64,000 bases of DNA, taken from assembly GCA_963667035.1 (NCBI GenBank), contig OY762964.1, forward strand, positions 928,001 to 992,000, in the 5' to 3' direction. The notes beneath the pieces were generated by a model. It was not told where the DNA came from. It saw nothing but the letters and a program-made list of their open reading frames with translations, and searched no databases. Shown piece by piece: positions 32,907-43,193 of the stretch (position 1 is its first letter; each line of letters starts with the position of its first letter). The stretch comes from Candidatus Cloacimonadales bacterium. GTDB lineage: Bacteria; Cloacimonadota; Cloacimonadia; Cloacimonadales; JAFGVF01. The position numbers and the translations under genes are program-made.

Positions 32907-34568
32907 CAGACTGTTGACAAAGCTATGAGTAAGATTTCATAGCTTTGTCTTTTTTTAGCTTAAAATAAGAACATCAATCATTGACAAAAACCCCCTTAGT
33001 TTATACTTAAACCATCATAATTAGAGGTGGTTATGCTTAAAAAAGTTTCTGACACACAGTCCCAAATGGAATTTGTAATAATAGATGATCTTGTCCCGGA
33101 AGATCATATTCTACGCAAGATTGACAGGGTAATAGATTTTAGTTTTATTATGGACCGAACTGCTCATTTGTATTGCCCCGACAACGGTCGTCCCCCAGTG
33201 CATCCCATAACTTTCTTCAAAATGCTTTTTATTGGTTATCTATTTGGTATCCGTTCTGAGCGACAACTAATCAGAGAGATTCAGGTCAATGTAGCATATC
33301 GCTGGTTCTTAGGGTATGGGCTTACTGATAAAATACCGAGTCATTCTCTCTTCAGCCAGAATCGTCGCAGACGCTTTACTGATAGCACTGTTTTTGAAGA
33401 GATTTTCATTGATATTGTAAAACTTGGTATCGAGAATGGTTTGGTAGATGGCAAGGTTCTTTATAGCGATTCAACTCATCTGAAAGCTAATGCTAATAAA
33501 GGCAAATATGAATCAATTAAAGTAGAGACCACACCTCAGAGTTATCTTGAAGATCTAAATAAAACAGTGGATGAAAACCGAAAAGCTCACGGTAAGAAGC
33601 CACTCCCACCTAAAGACAATGACTTTAAAGGCGGTTCGTCACCCAAAGTTAAAGAGATTAAGTCTAGTAAAACAGATCCTGACAGTGGTTTCATGACGCG
33701 AGACAAGAAACCACAAGGTTTCTTCTATCTTGATCATAGAACCGTAGATCCTAAAGTAAACTTCATAACAGATGTTCATATTACCGCCGGCAATGTGAAT
33801 GACAGTTCTTGCTATATTGATAGGCTAAAAGTGCAGCAAGAGCGTTTTGGTTTTGATGTCCTGGCAGTAGGTCTTGATGCCGGGTATGATACAGCTAATA
33901 TATGCAAAGAATTAGTAGATATGGGAATCATGGGAGTAATAGGTTATCGTCGACTTGGAGGTAAAAAAGGTCTTTTCAAGAAGCGTGATTTTAAGTTCAT
34001 TTCAGATAGAGACATATACATCTGTCCAGAAGGGAAAGAGCTTAAATATCGAACAACAAACCGTAACGGTTATGATGAATATGCATCCGAGAGTAGCTAT
34101 TGTAAAAACTGTCCAATGCTTAACAAATGCACCGAGAGCAAGAACCATCAAAAAGTTATCATGCGTCATGTATGGGAAGACAGTAGAGAGATTATCCATA
34201 AAAACAGGTTAACCTTTTGTGGCAAAGAGATATACAAAAAACGAAAAGAAACCATTGAGAGAAGCTTTGCAAATGCAAAGCAACTTCATGGTTATCGGTA
34301 TGCGAAATATCGAGGTATAGAACGAGTTCGAGAACAAGCATATATGACATCAGTAGTTCAAAACATAAAGAAACTGGTTAAATACCTTTTCAATGGCATA
34401 TCAGGGAAAGTGGCATCAATGTTATTAGCTTTTTATGTTAATATATGCTCTGGTTTAGACGAATATAGAGCTAAATCTCATTATCCTGATATTGTACTCA
34501 ACTAATCAGAAATAAACTTACAATGTAAAAACCCAGTCATTTTCATAACTGGGTTTGTAAACGGTCTG
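32907..34568 (+). mobile_element. IS1182-family insertion sequence, 1662 bp, apparently intact
   Basis: IRL CAGACTGTTGACAAA (32907-32921) and IRR TTTGTAAACGGTCTG (34554-34568) match at 13/15. Flanked by a 24-bp direct repeat, with subterminal hairpins inside both ends. Confidence 0.92.
33033..34505 (+). CDS. IS1182-family transposase
   Basis: DDLVPEDHILRKID, NGRPPVHP, GIRSERQL, AYRWFLG, DSTHLKANA, TDPDSG, DAGY, YICPEG, RKETIERSFA. Confidence 0.95.
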   Translation: MLKKVSDTQSQMEFVIIDDLVPEDHILRKIDRVIDFSFIMDRTAHLYCPDNGRPPVHPITFFKMLFIGYLFGIRSERQLIREIQVNVAYRWFLGYGLTDKIPSHSLFSQNRRRRFTDSTVFEEIFIDIVKLGIENGLVDGKVLYSDSTHLKANANKGKYESIKVETTPQSYLEDLNKTVDENRKAHGKKPLPPKDNDFKGGSSPKVKEIKSSKTDPDSGFMTRDKKPQGFFYLDHRTVDPKVNFITDVHITAGNVNDSSCYIDRLKVQQERFGFDVLAVGLDAGYDTANICKELVDMGIMGVIGYRRLGGKKGLFKKRDFKFISDRDIYICPEGKELKYRTTNRNGYDEYASESSYCKNCPMLNKCTESKNHQKVIMRHVWEDSREIIHKNRLTFCGKEIYKKRKETIERSFANAKQLHGYRYAKYRGIERVREQAYMTSVVQNIKKLVKYLFNGISGKVASMLLAFYVNICSGLDEYRAKSHYPDIVLN

Positions 34569-34592
34569 AAGCCTCGTTTACAAACGAGGCTT
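34569..34592. repeat. Right copy of the 24-bp target-site duplication
   Basis: AAGCCTCGTTTACAAACGAGGCTT, identical to 32883-32906. Confidence 0.92.
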
Positions 34593-34617
34593 ATCAATAT
34601 CTATAATGCTTATTAAT

Positions 34618-37083
34618 CTAATGTTTTCCACTACTACATGATTCATCACAACCACCCTTAGCTTTGCAATCATCGCACATTTCTCCGGTAGTCTCTAATG
34701 TACAAGTATGGTTATGCTGATGGTCAAGCTCTTGTTCATTATGGTGTTGTAACTGTCCTTCAAAACATTCTGAATCACAACCGCCTTTAGCCTTACAGTC
34801 GTCACACATCTCGCCTGTAGTTAAAATAGTACACTCTTTCTCAAGATTATGAGAACTTAGCCAATCACTTGATACCGAGTAGTTATCATTAACCGGTGAG
34901 TAAGTTGATTCAATTATAGGTGAATATGCTACAATAAGCCCTGCGAAGACAATGCTTACCATACTCATAAGCTTTATAAGAATGTTAATTGAAGGTCCTG
35001 CTGTATCTTTAAACGGATCTCCAACAGTATCACCAACAACTGTAGCTTTGTGAACATCAGAACCTTTACCACCAAAATTACCTGCTTCAACAAATTTCTT
35101 GGCGTTATCCCAAGCTCCACCCGAATTGTTCATCATAATAGCAAGAACAAGACCACTGGAGAGAGAACCAGCTAAGAGTCCTAGTACACCTGAAACTCCA
35201 AGAATCAAACCAAGAATGATAGGAGTTATGATACCAATCATAGCAGGTAACAGCATTTCCCTCTGAGCACTCTTTGTCGAAATCATTACACAACGCTTAT
35301 AATCAGGAGTTGCTTTACCTTCTAAAATACCTTTTATCTCTTTAAACTGTCTTCTTACTTCTGCAACCATATCACCTGCTGCATTTCCAACAGCCTTCAT
35401 AGTATAAGCTGAGAATAGATAGGCAGTCATAGCACCAATAAAGATACCGATAAGGAATTTGGGATTCATTAGATTCACATCATAATGATTAATAAAATTC
35501 TCAACGGAAGCCATGGCAATTGGAACACCGTCAATAGCTTGGCGTCCTAGATGTACGAATCCTGCTCTAACTTCTTCAAGATAAGCAGCTAACAGAGCCA
35601 TAGCAGTAAGAGCTGCTGAACCAATAGCAAAACCCTTACCGGTAGCAGCTGTTGTATTACCAACTGAGTCAAGAGCATCAGTTTTCTTTCTAACATCCTT
35701 AGGAAGATGACACATTTCTGCATTACCACCGGCATTATCTGCGATTGGGCCAAATGCGTCCATAGCTAGAGTCACACCTAATGTTGCCAGCATACCAACA
35801 GCACCGAATCCTATTCCGTAAAGTCCGCTTTCGATACTATTCCATCCACCGCTAACACTAAATGCTATGAGGATTGCAATACCGATTATTACCACTGGAG
35901 CAAATGTGGATTTCATACCTACAGCAAGACCGTCTATTATGACTGTTGCAGGACCATACTGACCTTGTTTGGAAATACCCTGAGTGGGCTTATAACTATC
36001 AGAAGTAAATCTTTCTGTGAAATACCCAATCAGAATTCCGGCTAATAAACCGACAACTGAGGATATAAATACACCCAAGGCAATCTCTTTAGGTAACATT
36101 TGTTTTGTTACTATGTAAGAAGCAATGGCAATTAAAACTGAGCTTCCATAAACACTTTTATTAAGTGCAAACATAAGCTCTTTAGTACCGGCAGATTCTT
36201 TAGATGAAACTAAAAAGATACCGAGAATAGATAAGAAAGCTCCGATACCTGCAAGAACCATGGGAGCTGTAACAAACTTAACAGCATAAGCAGCCCACTC
36301 TGAGTTCTGAGTTACTGCAGCCATACCTAGAGCTGCAGTAGCAAGAATTGATCCTGCATAAGATTCATATAAATCTGCACCCATACCTGCAACATCACCA
36401 ACATTGTCTCCAACATTATCAGCTATTGTTGCCGGATTACGAGGATCATCTTCAGGAATACCGGCTTCAACTTTTCCTACAAGATCGGCTCCAACATCAG
36501 CCGCTTTAGTAAATATACCGCCACCTAATCGTGCAAAGAGTGCTTGAGTGGATGCACCCATTCCGAAACTAAGCATAATAACTGTAATAGTGGCGAGATC
36601 TACTTTGAAAAGGTTCAATATATAGAACCATAATGAAATATCGATTAAGGCAAGACCAACAACTACAAGTCCCATTACACTACCGGCTCTGAAAGCAACT
36701 TTCAAACCTTGGTTCAAACTTTTAGTACAAGCCTGAGCGGTTCTATTTGATGCCATTGTGGCTGTGTTCATTCCGATAAAACCTGCTAATCCCGAGAAGA
36801 AACCACCTGTAAGGAAAGCAACAGGCACAAGAGGGTGCAACACATGTAACACATGTGCCATAATGTTGAAAATAACAAATGCAATGATAAAGAAGATAGT
36901 AACACCTTTATATTGCTGTTTCAAATAAGCAAATGCACCTTCTCTAACGTGTGAGGCAATAGTTTGCATCTCTTTAGTTCCTGGATCACTGCTCTTTACT
37001 TGCTTGAAGAAAATCCAAGCAAAGATTAAAGAGATAATTGCTCCTGCCGGGGCAACAAACCAAATAGCAGGAATTGTTGACAT
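34618..37083 (-). CDS. hppA: Membrane-integral ion-pumping pyrophosphatase (K+-dependent; Na+- or Na+,H+-PPase-like) with Cys/His-rich C-terminal extension
   Basis: [49 protein letters not shown] (Ala indicates K+ dependence), [13 protein letters not shown] 37083 follows AAGGAG. Confidence 0.95.
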   Translation of the reverse strand: MSTIPAIWFVAPAGAIISLIFAWIFFKQVKSSDPGTKEMQTIASHVREGAFAYLKQQYKGVTIFFIIAFVIFNIMAHVLHVLHPLVPVAFLTGGFFSGLAGFIGMNTATMASNRTAQACTKSLNQGLKVAFRAGSVMGLVVVGLALIDISLWFYILNLFKVDLATITVIMLSFGMGASTQALFARLGGGIFTKAADVGADLVGKVEAGIPEDDPRNPATIADNVGDNVGDVAGMGADLYESYAGSILATAALGMAAVTQNSEWAAYAVKFVTAPMVLAGIGAFLSILGIFLVSSKESAGTKELMFALNKSVYGSSVLIAIASYIVTKQMLPKEIALGVFISSVVGLLAGILIGYFTERFTSDSYKPTQGISKQGQYGPATVIIDGLAVGMKSTFAPVVIIGIAILIAFSVSGGWNSIESGLYGIGFGAVGMLATLGVTLAMDAFGPIADNAGGNAEMCHLPKDVRKKTDALDSVGNTTAATGKGFAIGSAALTAMALLAAYLEEVRAGFVHLGRQAIDGVPIAMASVENFINHYDVNLMNPKFLIGIFIGAMTAYLFSAYTMKAVGNAAGDMVAEVRRQFKEIKGILEGKATPDYKRCVMISTKSAQREMLLPAMIGIITPIILGLILGVSGVLGLLAGSLSSGLVLAIMMNNSGGAWDNAKKFVEAGNFGGKGSDVHKATVVGDTVGDPFKDTAGPSINILIKLMSMVSIVFAGLIVAYSPIIESTYSPVNDNYSVSSDWLSSHNLEKECTILTTGEMCDDCKAKGGCDSECFEGQLQHHNEQELDHQHNHTCTLETTGEMCDDCKAKGGCDESCSSGKH

Positions 37084-37182
37084 ATCCACTCCTTTTGACT
37101 AAATTTAGTTTATAAAATAGAACAAGTCCATTTTGTAAAGTTTATAATCATTGTTATGTGTTTTAAAACATAGAGTTAACAG

Positions 37183-37209
37183 AAAAAAAGACCGGAATAA
37201 CCGGTCTTT
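37183..37209 (-). terminator. Terminator after the PEPCK gene
   Basis: AAAGACCGG-AATAA-CCGGTCTTT with a T-run on the minus strand. Confidence 0.7.
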
Positions 37210-37223
37210 GGTTTTATATAAAT

Positions 37224-38954
37224 TTATCTGTGAATGTTAAGAGAGGTTAAAAGCTTTAATAATAAAGCCGGTTTCTCTCTAAGATCAGAAGAATCGAGGA
37301 ATTCTCTTCTCTGTTTGAAACGCTCTTCTACGTGATTAAGATAATCAGTATAATGCTCTCTTTTGTATGGATTATATCTGTCGTAATATCCGGGTAACAA
37401 TTTATCTATAGATTCTTTACTCGGAATCATTGCTCCCGGAAGAGTTTCCCATGCTTCCCACTCAATAGTGTCCATAAGGATGCCGGTTTGAAGAGTAAGA
37501 GAAGCTTGTAATGGAATAGCTTCAAGTTTAGAATCAGATGATTTCCAGTAACCTCTTGAGTTAAAGCAGTATACTGCGGCACCGCTTTCGATGAGGGAGA
37601 GGAAAGCTTCAACGTCTTTGTAAAGCTCATAAACCCTAAATGGATTGGCAAAAGGCTCGAAAACAAGTTTGTTTAGTTCTTCTTCTTTAACGTTTTCAGC
37701 TCTGTTACGCATTGTAGCCAGAGCAGCACCCATAGCTACTGCAAGATATTTATCAGTGAACTTGATAACAGGAGGTAAGATTGCATCCTTCATAAGCCAG
37801 CACAAAGCTTTTGGGAATGAGCATCTGTTAACCCAAGCCCCCAACAAATCTCTATCAAGGAGGGCTCTTCCGTTACCGTTTCTCAAATCTAAACCTACAG
37901 GGATGTTCTTCCCTCCGATGTTAATCTGAGAGTGATTCATCAATGATAATACATACTTCCAATCCGGATGATTAGGTTCTCTACTATCGGTTTTATCGAA
38001 TAACGAAGGCTCCCAAACACGACAAATTCTTTCCATAGGATCTATCTGGAAGGCATCATCGTGTAGAACAACTTTTGATACGCCTTCCGGAAGGGTTTTC
38101 CCGTTATCAATACTGTTTGTGTGAGATGATTTACCTGTACCTGATAAACCATAGAAAGCTATTGAACGCTTTCCTAATGCTTTATGTTCAGGATTTTCAC
38201 AGTTAATGAAATCCATCTCTTTAATACCTCCGTGACAAGCAGCCATACCAAGACGCATTCCGGAAGTCCAAGCAAGAGTAAGAGTTCCCTTTTTTCTTTC
38301 TCCGAAGTATCTCATACCGAAATTAAAGATAACGTTCTGTTTCTCATCAACTAGAGCAAGCTGAGGAGCTCCTACATTGTGGTAGAAGTTATCTTCGATT
38401 GTCCATTCATTAAAAGCAACTATAATTATGTCCTGAATTGGGAGAGGTTTACTATGCTTATACTCCTCCTCAAGCTGTTCAAAAGGAGTGAAGTTACTCA
38501 ACCAATTGAAAACATTCATAGCATCAGATTCGGTTGTAATGTAGGTTGCTTTAATCATTAAATCTTTATCTCTACCTAAAACGGCTTCAGCTTTTATCAA
38601 TTTCTGATGTTGCAGTTGCCATAAAGCTTCCCTGATATCTTTACAAACCTTAAGTTGGTCTCTTTCTTCCAGTCGATTATAAAATCTTCTGGCCTTTGCA
38701 GTCCTACCGATTATCTGCCCATGACAATCATTTAGTACTTTTGCACCCTTAGGTAATCCCATCTTCTCAACAAAAGGAGGGTAAATCTCTAAATCAGTTT
38801 CAGATACACCCGGTTGAGTTCTTCCCATTTCATAAGCTTCGGCGATTGTTACTTTACGAACATTAGAATTATTTAGTAAGGTCTCAGCCATTGCTCTAAT
38901 GGGTGAAACATCCTTTAAATTCTTGTAATATTCGGATGTGGAACGACTTGCCAT
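37224..38954 (-). CDS. Phosphoenolpyruvate carboxykinase (ATP)-like
   Basis: YFGERKKG, ACHGG, FYGLSGTGKS, LHDD, FDKT, NGNGRA. GGAGG RBS. Confidence 0.8.
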   Translation of the reverse strand: MASRSTSEYYKNLKDVSPIRAMAETLLNNSNVRKVTIAEAYEMGRTQPGVSETDLEIYPPFVEKMGLPKGAKVLNDCHGQIIGRTAKARRFYNRLEERDQLKVCKDIREALWQLQHQKLIKAEAVLGRDKDLMIKATYITTESDAMNVFNWLSNFTPFEQLEEEYKHSKPLPIQDIIIVAFNEWTIEDNFYHNVGAPQLALVDEKQNVIFNFGMRYFGERKKGTLTLAWTSGMRLGMAACHGGIKEMDFINCENPEHKALGKRSIAFYGLSGTGKSSHTNSIDNGKTLPEGVSKVVLHDDAFQIDPMERICRVWEPSLFDKTDSREPNHPDWKYVLSLMNHSQINIGGKNIPVGLDLRNGNGRALLDRDLLGAWVNRCSFPKALCWLMKDAILPPVIKFTDKYLAVAMGAALATMRNRAENVKEEELNKLVFEPFANPFRVYELYKDVEAFLSLIESGAAVYCFNSRGYWKSSDSKLEAIPLQASLTLQTGILMDTIEWEAWETLPGAMIPSKESIDKLLPGYYDRYNPYKREHYTDYLNHVEERFKQRREFLDSSDLREKPALLLKLLTSLNIHR

Positions 38955-39187
38955 TATTCCTCCTGCTTTAATGTTTTACATCTATTTTATCACAAAAAAC
39001 TCTGTCTCAAAAAAGAGATTTAGAACTTAAGAAGTCACAAACGCTTGTCAATGATAATCTTCTATTTTCTAACAATTTCTTAACCCGTAAATGGAATTAT
39101 TGCCAAGTGTTTATTGTTTGAATGTATAGTGCAACCATATATAAAACAATGAGATAAACTTCATTAGTTATAAATGTATATATGTAA

Positions 39188-39221
39188 AAACTGCTATCGG
39201 AAATTTATCCGATAGCAGTTT
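39188..39221 (-). terminator. Terminator after the purF-hldA-hldC operon
   Basis: AAACTGCTATCGGA-AATTTA-TCCGATAGCAGTTT. Confidence 0.8.
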
Positions 39222-39240
39222 ATTAAATTTTAATTTTAAC

Positions 39241-39717
39241 TTATTGCTTAATTCTTTCAATTATCCCGGTTGATGAATAACCTGTTTCAAAACGAAGACT
39301 TTTAACTTCTCCGCCATTCGCCAGAACTATATCAGAGCCAACAATTTGTTCAGGTTTCCAGTCTCCTCCTTTAACGAGGATGTCAGGCATAACTTCCTTG
39401 ATTAAATTGTAAGGAGTATCTTCTTCGAAGATTACCACATAATCAACAAATGCTAAAGCCGCTAATAAAAAGGCTCTATCTTCTTGTTTGTTAATCGGTC
39501 GTTCCTCACCTTTCAAGCGTTTAACTGAAGAATCGCTATTTAGTCCAATAACTAGAATGTCGCCTTGCTCATAGGCTTGATTTAAATAGGCAATATGACC
39601 TCTATGCAAAATATCGAAGCAACCGTTAGTAAACACTATACGCTTATTATTTAATCTTACACTTTTAATAGATTCAGCTATCTTATTAAAAGGGATTATT
39701 TTAGAATTAATGTTCAT
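39241..39717 (-). CDS. hldC: D-glycero-beta-D-manno-heptose 1-phosphate adenylyltransferase
   Basis: VFTNGCFDILHRGH, GLNSDSSVKRLKG, FEEDTP, LVKGGD. Start moved to ATG 39717. Confidence 0.93.
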   Translation of the reverse strand: MNINSKIIPFNKIAESIKSVRLNNKRIVFTNGCFDILHRGHIAYLNQAYEQGDILVIGLNSDSSVKRLKGEERPINKQEDRAFLLAALAFVDYVVIFEEDTPYNLIKEVMPDILVKGGDWKPEQIVGSDIVLANGGEVKSLRFETGYSSTGIIERIKQ

Positions 39718-40684
39718 ATCGTTTAATGTAATCCAAAATCTCGGATGGTTGGGTAGTTGAAGTACCAATTTTACCGCAAACTACTCCTGCCGCATAGTTA
39801 GCAATTTCAGCAGCAGTTTCTATTGACGCTCCGGCAGCTAAAGCCAAAGTTAGAGTACTTATTACAGTATCACCTGCTCCCGAAACATCAAAAACATCTC
39901 TTGCATAAGATGGAATAGAGTGAGTCTCTCCATTGGATTTAAAGACGGTAAGTCCTTTTTCTCCTCTAGTAACCATTACGCTATTAGCATTAAGCTGGTT
40001 ACGTAATTCTTCACCTGCTTTTAAGAACTCTTCTTCTGTATCTTCCGTTAGATTCATGTTGTTCATAAGCTCTATCAGATTAGGTTTGAAGATGGTTACG
40101 TTCCTATATAGGAAAAAGTTTTTGTATTTCGGATCTACAGTTACAGGTTTATTATGTTTATCGGCAATATTCAGGATTGTCTCAATAACTCTCTGAGTTA
40201 AAAGACCTTTATTATAATCTTCAATAATCACAGCGTCGCAATTGTCTATACTCTTCTCGAATTTTGATATAATTTTGTCTTCAATCTCTGTTTGAATATC
40301 AGCTCTATCCTCACGGTCAATTCTTACAATCTGCTGTTGACCTGCAACGATTCTTGTTTTTAGAGTTGTCATTCTGGATGCATCAGTTACAACATTCTCG
40401 AATGAGATATCCTCTGATTCCAGGAGGTTAGACAGAATGTTCCTACTTTCATCGTCACCACAGACTCCGATTATGATTGGGTTTGCTCCCATTGTTTTTA
40501 TGTTTAAGGCAACATTGGCTGCACCGCCAAGTCTATAATCTTCCTTTTTCATATCAAGTAATGGAACAGGTGCTTCAGGTGAAATTCTGTTAACTTTACC
40601 ATGAATATAATGATCTACCATTATATCACCGATAACAATAATAGTTTTACCGAACATTGAGTTAAGAGTACTTTCCAATTTCAT
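39707..40684 (-). CDS. hldA: D-glycero-beta-D-manno-heptose 7-phosphate kinase
   Basis: GDIMVDHY, RISPEAPVP, GGAANVA, DYNKG, VDPK, DVSGAGDTV. Confidence 0.93.
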   Translation of the reverse strand: MKLESTLNSMFGKTIIVIGDIMVDHYIHGKVNRISPEAPVPLLDMKKEDYRLGGAANVALNIKTMGANPIIIGVCGDDESRNILSNLLESEDISFENVVTDASRMTTLKTRIVAGQQQIVRIDREDRADIQTEIEDKIISKFEKSIDNCDAVIIEDYNKGLLTQRVIETILNIADKHNKPVTVDPKYKNFFLYRNVTIFKPNLIELMNNMNLTEDTEEEFLKAGEELRNQLNANSVMVTRGEKGLTVFKSNGETHSIPSYARDVFDVSGAGDTVISTLTLALAAGASIETAAEIANYAAGVVCGKIGTSTTQPSEILDYIKRYEH

Positions 40685-40685
40685 A

Positions 40686-42059
40686 TTAATCCTCTATTGG
40701 AACAGGATAATCACCATTAAAACAAGCATAGCAATATGCCTCAGGTTCGGACACACATTGTCTTAAATCATCTATCGGTATGTGTTTAAGGCTATCAGCT
40801 CCACAGTGCTGTCTTATCTCTTCCAAGCTTTTTCTGTTAGCAATCAATTCTTCGCTGGTTGGTGTATCAATTCCGTAGAAACATGAATTTTTAACTTGAG
40901 GAGAACCTATTCTCAAGTGAATTTCTTTAGCTCCGGCTCTTCTAAGCATAGTAACGATCTTTCGAATAGTTGTACCTCGTACTATGGAATCGTCAACCAG
41001 GACTACCTTTTTGTCCTTGAAGTAGTTAGGTAATGTATTAAACTTTTGGCTCACACTCTCGTCTCTAATTGTTTGTTCGGGTTTGATGAAAGTTCTACCT
41101 ACATAATGGTTACGAATCAATCCGAAGTTAAATTCGATGCCTTTGGCTTTTGCATATCCGGTAGCCATGAAGTTTGATGAATCAGGTACAGGGACAACAC
41201 AATCAGGTTGCATATCATTATCGGCTTCCGCCATTTTAGCACCGATTCTTTCTCGTATTTCATACACATCTTCATTGAAATGATGACTATCGGGACGAGA
41301 AAAATAGATATGCTCAAAAATACAGTGTTTATCATTATTGCTTTTACGATAATCCTGAGGATTATTTTCAAAGACTTCAATTCCGTTAAAGTCTACTTTT
41401 ATAATTCCACCGGCTTTCATTTCCTGTCTGTTATTAACACAGAGAATATCCAGAGCACAACTTTCAGAGGCTACAACATAAGTACCGTCTTCACGTTGTC
41501 CCCAAACCATAGGTCTTATAGCATGCGGATCACGGAACATATACATGGAGTTATTAGTAGCAAGTACAGTAGAATAAGCTCCTTGAACATTTGCCATGAA
41601 CTTACGGATTGCGTCCGGAATGCTCAGATTCTCTTTTTTTACGGAATAGATTATATACTTTAAGATGAGTTCACCGTCATTCTCACTGTTGAAATAAACT
41701 CCTTTGTCCTCAAGTTCACGTCTAATGGAACGGTAATTAGTAATATCTCCGTTACTTGCCAGCGAGTATCCCGGACCTGAAAGAGTTGCAACTATATGAG
41801 GTTGTGAGTTATAAGCAGTCGCTGACCCTTTAGTCGGGTATCTTACATGCCCTACTGCTATTTTACCGGGTAAATCAGCTAATACTTCAGGTGGAAAGAC
41901 CTGCTTAACAAGTCCCATCATCTTTCTGAGTTTAAATCCTTTTCCGTCAGTTACTGCCATACCGCAACTTTCTTGTCCACGGTGTTGTTCTGCAAACATT
42001 CCTAGAGCTGCCAGTTCGGCCGCTCTGTCATGATTAAAAATGCCGAGTATTCCGCACAT
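40686..42059 (-). CDS. purF: Amidophosphoribosyltransferase
   Basis: MCGILG, QHRGQES, GHVRYPT, CIFEHIYFSRPDS, VDDSIVRGTT, CFYGID, YCYACF. Confidence 0.96.
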   Translation of the reverse strand: MCGILGIFNHDRAAELAALGMFAEQHRGQESCGMAVTDGKGFKLRKMMGLVKQVFPPEVLADLPGKIAVGHVRYPTKGSATAYNSQPHIVATLSGPGYSLASNGDITNYRSIRRELEDKGVYFNSENDGELILKYIIYSVKKENLSIPDAIRKFMANVQGAYSTVLATNNSMYMFRDPHAIRPMVWGQREDGTYVVASESCALDILCVNNRQEMKAGGIIKVDFNGIEVFENNPQDYRKSNNDKHCIFEHIYFSRPDSHHFNEDVYEIRERIGAKMAEADNDMQPDCVVPVPDSSNFMATGYAKAKGIEFNFGLIRNHYVGRTFIKPEQTIRDESVSQKFNTLPNYFKDKKVVLVDDSIVRGTTIRKIVTMLRRAGAKEIHLRIGSPQVKNSCFYGIDTPTSEELIANRKSLEEIRQHCGADSLKHIPIDDLRQCVSEPEAYCYACFNGDYPVPIED

Positions 42060-42275
42060 CCTTATCAGTCTCCCATCTATTTTTTTTATTATTTTATGCT
42101 CTTAAGGGAAAAAACAACATATCTGAGTCATAGTTTATGTCAATTTGATTTTGTAAAAGTTCCCATATAACACTATCCATCTCTCTTTCATTAATTCATT
42201 CATTCTTCATGAGTGTTAACTATCTCATTCCATTCTTTCTAGTATACCGACAACTACTTATTTCTCTGGTATTTT

Positions 42276-42365
42276 TATCTTGTTTCTCTCTCGTTTTTAT
42301 CCCGTTGCGAGCAACGGGAGACCAACGGGAGAGCAACGGGAGACTAACCCGAGAGAAACCCGTGG
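42276..42365. repeat. 11-bp phased repeat array mirrored around a central hairpin
   Basis: TCCCGTTGC-GA-GCAACGGGA centre. Right units GCAACGGGAGA/CCAACGGGAGA/GCAACGGGAGA/CTAACCCGAGA/GAAACCCGTGG; left inverted units TATCTTGTTTC/TCTCTCGTTTT/TATCCCGTTGC. Confidence 0.8.
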
Positions 42366-42407
42366 TTGGTGGACGAGTAAAAGGACCCCGGAAGGAACCA
42401 ATTACAG

Positions 42408-42604
42408 CGTCCTAAATAAAGTAGACACATAGATTACTTAGAAAAATTAAAGGTTTACAGAAAATGAAACGGAAACCAGCATTATGTTATAGTGAAATAT
42501 TTAAACGAAAAGTAGTTAAAGAAATCGAAGATGGAGTCCTAACTATTACCCAAGTAAGAACTATCTAGAGCATGGGTGGCACCTTTACTCTTAAGCAATG
42601 GATT
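42408..42604 (+). pseudogene. IS3-family left-end remnant (OrfA HTH fragment with internal stop)
   Basis: From ATG 42464: MKRKPALCYSEIFKRKVVKEIEDGVLTITQVRTI*SMGGTFTLKQWI. Upstream CGTCCTAAATAAAGTAGACAC is IR-like. Confidence 0.6.
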
Positions 42605-42722
42605 GGTGAACAAATATTAGGTTTATCTTTTACTTGACATGTTAACATAAAAACTTATATCCTTACCTTATCAAATGTACGGGTCTAAGTCCTGAGTACA
42701 ACTATAAATAAAGGAATTCGAT

Positions 42723-43193
42723 ATGAAAGATATGCAGGAGAGTTTCGGAAACTATCTGGAGGATTTTGAAGTAGGTACAATCTACAAGCATTTTCCTTCA
42801 AAAACAATTACTGAAAGTGACAATAATCTCTTCACTCTGCTTACAATGAATCATCATCCTGTACATCTGGATGTTGAATATTGCAAAAAGCACCAACACG
42901 GGAAAATCCTCGTTGTGGGAACTCTAGTGTTTAGTCTGGTTGTTGGAATGACTGTGTCAGAGATAAGTGGAAAAGCCATTGCCAATTTGGATTACGAGAA
43001 AGTAAATCATGACGGTCCTGTATTCATAGGCGACACATTAACTGCCCAAACAGAAGTGTTAAGCGTTAAAGAATCAAAAACAAAACCGGATAGAGGTGTT
43101 GTATATGTTGAAACTACCGCTTATAACCAAAATAATGAGAAAGTCCTTACTTTCAGAAGACATGTATTAATACCAAAGAAATATGCAAAATAG
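42723..43193 (+). CDS. MaoC-family (hot-dog) dehydratase/hydratase
   Basis: YLEDFEVG, TITESDNNLFTLLTMNHHPVHLD, GKAIANL, PVFIGDTL. Confidence 0.9.
   Translation: MKDMQESFGNYLEDFEVGTIYKHFPSKTITESDNNLFTLLTMNHHPVHLDVEYCKKHQHGKILVVGTLVFSLVVGMTVSEISGKAIANLDYEKVNHDGPVFIGDTLTAQTEVLSVKESKTKPDRGVVYVETTAYNQNNEKVLTFRRHVLIPKKYAK

Noticed and set aside
42060..42260. Purine or ZTP riboswitch upstream of purF
   Set aside because: No recognisable aptamer core; a TTGACA promoter element lies only about 80 nt from the start codon.
42276..42365. CRISPR array
   Set aside because: Units are 11 bp and tandem with no spacers, and no cas genes are in the window.
42209..42415. 68-aa ORF in the track
   Set aside because: Translates the repeat array, has no RBS and no recognisable protein features.
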